From an uncultured Oligoflexia bacterium (lineage in GTDB: Bacteria > Bdellovibrionota > UBA1018 > CAYHWW01): a stretch of 54,858 nucleotides of DNA. Made by a program: the position numbers and the translations under genes. Shown one piece after another: positions 51,531 through 54,858 of the stretch (positions are counted from its first letter, which is position 1; each line of letters opens with the position of its first letter). The DNA is taken from positions 1-54,858 of the forward strand of contig CAYHWW010000004.1 of assembly GCA_964360145.1 (NCBI GenBank), written 5' to 3'. The notes beneath the pieces were generated by a model, which was not told where the DNA came from, ran no database searches, and saw only the letters and a program-made list of their open reading frames with translations.

Positions 51531-51621
51531 GTCCTTCCGGCAAACGTGCGTATCTTGACGGAAGGACACGGCATTCAGTGTCATTTAAGAACGGAGTTTG
51601 ACCTGTATTTTCACGCAGACA

Positions 51622-53388
51622 TCATGTCTGCTCGTAAAAATACTCCTTAGGCACGGACTTGACCTTCTGCGCACGGAGTCTCCCATAAAGTGAGCGATCG
51701 ATCGCAATCATGCCACTCACAAGGCAAGTGCGGCTCTTGTCATCGGCCGCAAGTATATAGTCTAGGCCTGTCGCACCATTTCCCAAATCATAGTCCACAA
51801 ACACACGATCATAGTTCTTATGTGAGGGCGGACCATGCATGGGTATCTCGGTCATCGCTTCAAAACGCGTCCCAGGCATTCGCTGCTTGAGAAGCTGGTG
51901 AAAGAGTTGATCGTCGTCGATGCTGAGAACTACAGCGGGGTTCTCTTTGGCGGGGTCGTAGAGCCACGTCTCGCCGGTGGCCACCGGTATCGTGGCGATC
52001 ACTGCTGTGAACTCTCCAGTGCGCGACACCCGCAGCAAGCCACCATAGCTATTTATAGTGTCAAGTGCCCCAATAAATCCCATACCCGTACCGCGTTGTT
52101 TCGTTGTTTGGCCATTTCTGTTCAATAACGCGGTAAGTAGCTCGGCGGGAAATCCTGGCCCACTATCAATAAATGAAATTTCCGCCGCGCATGCCCCCAC
52201 GGACACGTGCATTCGCACCTTGCGCAGAGTGCTGCTCGCGGCAGCATCTATCGCATTAGCGAGCAAATTAGTTAAGGCCCGTTCGATCTTACTCTCATTG
52301 CAATTGAGTGCTATTACCCATGCCTTTCTCGGCATATCGAGCTCCAGTGATACGCCGCACTGATTCGCATACTGAATATAACTTTGCTTCAGCAGGTTGA
52401 GCAGGATGCCCAGGCAGGGCTGGTCAATGTCTTGCGGGGCATCGGCTTTTGTCACGGACTGATGCTCAAGCGTATGGGGCTGCACCTTGGCGAGGTAGCC
52501 TTCAAGTAGTTCGCGAATGCGGCCAAGCCCTGTGCGTAACGCGCTTTTCTCGTCCGTGGTGATACTGAGCTGGTCCGCCTGTGCTGCAACTCCGGCAATG
52601 GGCGTTTTTACGTCATGCACAAGCTGGGATGCTTCTCGGAAGAGCCGCTGTTTCTCCCCCATGAGTGCTAGCTCATGATTGGCTTTCTGTAGCGCCACCT
52701 GCCGCTCGACAATCATGTCAGCCAACTGTCGATGCTCGTGAATAGCCACCTCTTTAATCAACATGTTGAGTTCTTCGAGGTCTTTTGCGGAAGCGAGTCG
52801 GCGAACCTTTTCCTCCATCGGCTGCGCAACACGGCGCTTGAACACCATCAAAAGCACCCATGCGGCACTGGCGCCAAAGACCAACAACACACCGAGTGCG
52901 CTCGCCAACAGTAAGAATGGCTTCCATCCCCAGATGCTGGGCTCAGAGCTCACAATGATGTGGGCCAGGGTATTGTCGGCGCTCTTTACAGGCAATTCGA
53001 TCCGAACTGCGTCGCGTTCATGGCAAATAAGCCCCCAGGGGCGTAGATCTGTCCAGCCACCACAGGTGTTGAGCAGGCCAGTGCGGGCATACTCGTCGAG
53101 GGCAAAAAGCCTCAGCTCGCGGGTCTTTGCTGGTGCTGCAAATCGCGGCCCATCAACGAGCTGGTGGGCCGCAGAGTAGTCTTGCTGCAAGAGCATCGAG
53201 ATTAGCTCTGTCTCGACGGGCCGTAGCGCCTGACTGGCTTGCTGGGCAAGATCGTCGACGTAGTAGGGATGCAAGAGCCGCGCGGTGACGAGCAGCATGC
53301 CGACGGCACCGATAGAAAATACGCTGAGGAGAATGACGAGTTGTTTCCTATAGAGATTCAAAACAGAAAGAGGTCGCGGACTATTCAC
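51622..53388 (-). CDS. hybrid sensor histidine kinase (periplasmic sensor, HisKA, HATPase, C-terminal receiver)
   Basis: Two TM, HDVKTP, NLLANA.DA, DSGPG, GTGMG, IDDD...VD..L. Confidence 0.85.
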   Translation of the reverse strand: MNSPRPLSVLNLYRKQLVILLSVFSIGAVGMLLVTARLLHPYYVDDLAQQASQALRPVETELISMLLQQDYSAAHQLVDGPRFAAPAKTRELRLFALDEYARTGLLNTCGGWTDLRPWGLICHERDAVRIELPVKSADNTLAHIIVSSEPSIWGWKPFLLLASALGVLLVFGASAAWVLLMVFKRRVAQPMEEKVRRLASAKDLEELNMLIKEVAIHEHRQLADMIVERQVALQKANHELALMGEKQRLFREASQLVHDVKTPIAGVAAQADQLSITTDEKSALRTGLGRIRELLEGYLAKVQPHTLEHQSVTKADAPQDIDQPCLGILLNLLKQSYIQYANQCGVSLELDMPRKAWVIALNCNESKIERALTNLLANAIDAAASSTLRKVRMHVSVGACAAEISFIDSGPGFPAELLTALLNRNGQTTKQRGTGMGFIGALDTINSYGGLLRVSRTGEFTAVIATIPVATGETWLYDPAKENPAVVLSIDDDQLFHQLLKQRMPGTRFEAMTEIPMHGPPSHKNYDRVFVDYDLGNGATGLDYILAADDKSRTCLVSGMIAIDRSLYGRLRAQKVKSVPKEYFYEQT

Positions 53389-54352
53389 GGGCTGCCTCTT
53401 TTTCTACTGCCGAAAACTGCTCGAGGCCCACAGTCTGCACGGATGGACGCAGCACGCTGAGCTGCGGTGGAATCAGAATCGTCTCTGACACTAGGCCACC
53501 CTCAATGAGTTGCTTCAAGGTGCGAACACCTTCTTGCCCCATGCGGGCAGGGAACTGAACGACCGACGCGGCAAGCTCACCACGCAGAATGGCTTCATGG
53601 GCGGCGCGGATGGAGTCGTAGCCTACAATCAGCGGCATTTTCTTGGTGCCGGCCATCTTCAGCTCTTCGAGCACCCCAAGCGCCATGTGGTCGTTGGCGC
53701 AGTAGATCACTTTCGCGGCAGCAAAAGTACGCAGTTGTCGGCGCGCAATCTGTTTTGATTTCAGGCGGTCAAAGTAGCCCAAATGCCTGATGACACGCAG
53801 GTCAGGCACAAGCTGATGGATGCGGCCCTCGAACGCAGCGGTGCGCGGCTTATCGAAGTCAAAGCCCGCGATGACCACGACAGTATCGCCAGCCGTCAGA
53901 TGACCCTTCGTGTACTCCGCCACAAGCCGCCCGCCTGCAGCATTATCGGTCGCGATAAAGGAATCGTAGTAGGTGGAGGCCTTCTCGCCGGGCAATAATG
54001 GAATCCCCTCATCGAGCACGACGACGCGTTTGCCGGCTGACTTCCAATGGGCGAGCAACGCTTTGGCATCCACCGGACTCGAGGGTGCCAGAATCAGCGC
54101 ATCGTAGTCTTCGGCGCGGTTCTGCAAAAATTCGCGCTGAAAGGCGAAGTTTTCTTCCTTTTCCGCCCAATACAAATCAACCTTCAAGCCCTGGCGGTCA
54201 GCCTCGGACTTGATGCCCTCCCACATCAGGGCAAAGAATGGGTTCGTCGATGACTTCAGAAGCGCTGCCACTCTGATTTTTGGCGCAGAAACGCCCGTGC
54301 ATCCCGAGATGCACAGCGTCATAATCAGAGCGTAAAACAACCGCTTCAGCAC
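53381..54352 (-). CDS. RbsB/LacI-type periplasmic sugar-binding lipoprotein
   Basis: Lipobox ISGC, NPFF, TDN..GG, ANDHMALG, GYD, SV.QFP..MG. Confidence 0.88.
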   Translation of the reverse strand: MLKRLFYALIMTLCISGCTGVSAPKIRVAALLKSSTNPFFALMWEGIKSEADRQGLKVDLYWAEKEENFAFQREFLQNRAEDYDALILAPSSPVDAKALLAHWKSAGKRVVVLDEGIPLLPGEKASTYYDSFIATDNAAGGRLVAEYTKGHLTAGDTVVVIAGFDFDKPRTAAFEGRIHQLVPDLRVIRHLGYFDRLKSKQIARRQLRTFAAAKVIYCANDHMALGVLEELKMAGTKKMPLIVGYDSIRAAHEAILRGELAASVVQFPARMGQEGVRTLKQLIEGGLVSETILIPPQLSVLRPSVQTVGLEQFSAVEKEAARE

Positions 54353-54361
54353 AAAACCTCT

Positions 54362-54858
54362 CTACTGAACCCGCATGACGACGACGACGGTGCCCGCCTC
54401 GTCGACGATTTCCCAGTTCTTCATACGGCCAGGGCCGCGGAAGAGCTTATCCACGACTTGGGTGGGGCCTTCCCAGCCATCCCAGAAGCTGCCATCGCCT
54501 TTGCCGAAGCGGGCGTCGTGGAACATGACGATGCCGTTCACGGGCACGTAGGGGGACCACTCCATCCAGTCTTGCAGGCAGGCATCGTAGGTGTGGTTGC
54601 CGTCGATAAATAGGAAGTCGATGTCGCCGAACCACTTTTTGACGACGTTGTAGCTAAAGTCGCGATGCCATTTTACGCGGCCGTTGCGGATGCGCTCGAC
54701 GTTCATGTGGGCGAAAAAGGGGCGCGCAACTAAGTGCTCGTTATTGCTATCGGCAATGAAGGGGTCGATGAGGTGCAGCGTCGCATCGCGCGCCATGACA
54801 CTCCGAAAGTGTGAGCCAGAGGCACCTTCGAATACGCCGATCTCAACCAACATCTTCC
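54362..54858 (-). CDS. class I SAM-dependent methyltransferase (Methyltransf_24-like), 5'-truncated by window edge
   Basis: VEIGV..G.S, IDFLFIDG.H.Y, HD. Confidence 0.85.
   Translation of the reverse strand, partial: KMLVEIGVFEGASGSHFRSVMARDATLHLIDPFIADSNNEHLVARPFFAHMNVERIRNGRVKWHRDFSYNVVKKWFGDIDFLFIDGNHTYDACLQDWMEWSPYVPVNGIVMFHDARFGKGDGSFWDGWEGPTQVVDKLFRGPGRMKNWEIVDEAGTVVVVMRVQ

Larger units (their letters stand above)
33595..51540. mobile_element. integrated plasmid/ICE-like island (right boundary uncertain, probably beyond the window)
   Basis: Begins at the tRNA att fragment; ParA, Rep with iterons, TA, defence-type cargo, visibly more AT-rich segments. Confidence 0.65.

Noticed and set aside
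33595-51540. Prophage
   Set aside because: No capsid, terminase, tail or lysis genes visible; no conjugation genes in the window either

Overview
Bacterial chromosomal window. Gene content (sigma54 enhancer-binding proteins, possible sigma28-like promoters, ydbH-type locus) suggests a Bdellovibrionota/deltaproteobacterium-like genome, which is an inference only. Bases 1-27.3 kb look like core genome: a YdbH/YnbE-YdbL envelope locus, LPS/glycan genes, two tandem sigma54 activators, an M16 peptidase, a single-ORF malate synthase-isocitrate lyase fusion, a 179-bp MITE, a polyprenyl-sugar glycosylation cluster, DksA/TraR and a Pif1-like helicase. Bases 27.4-33.5 kb are an accretion zone: a ScaI-like type II R-M system with C protein and C-box, an acyltransferase, a decayed BrnT toxin with intact antitoxin, hicAB and several pseudogenes. 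At 33550-33594 a duplicated 3' half of tRNA-Pro(CGG) marks an att site. To its right lies an integrated element carrying ParA, an iteron-containing Rep gene, Xre-RES TA, macrodomain, ASCH, HD hydrolase, a degenerate DnaB, a DUF2779 nuclease-BCS1-like AAA ATPase-WYL-Mrr-like operon, ADP-ribosylglycohydrolase, PD-(D/E)xK and HNH nucleases and an IstB remnant. A sugar-binding protein/hybrid kinase pair ends the window. The most striking unannotated signal is a promoter architecture, TGAC-N7-GTCA-N11-TAnnn(T/C), found four times in the island around the WYL gene. It suggests a WYL-controlled regulon that includes the nuclease/BCS1-like operon and the degenerate DnaB. All family assignments come from motif recognition by eye, not database searches.
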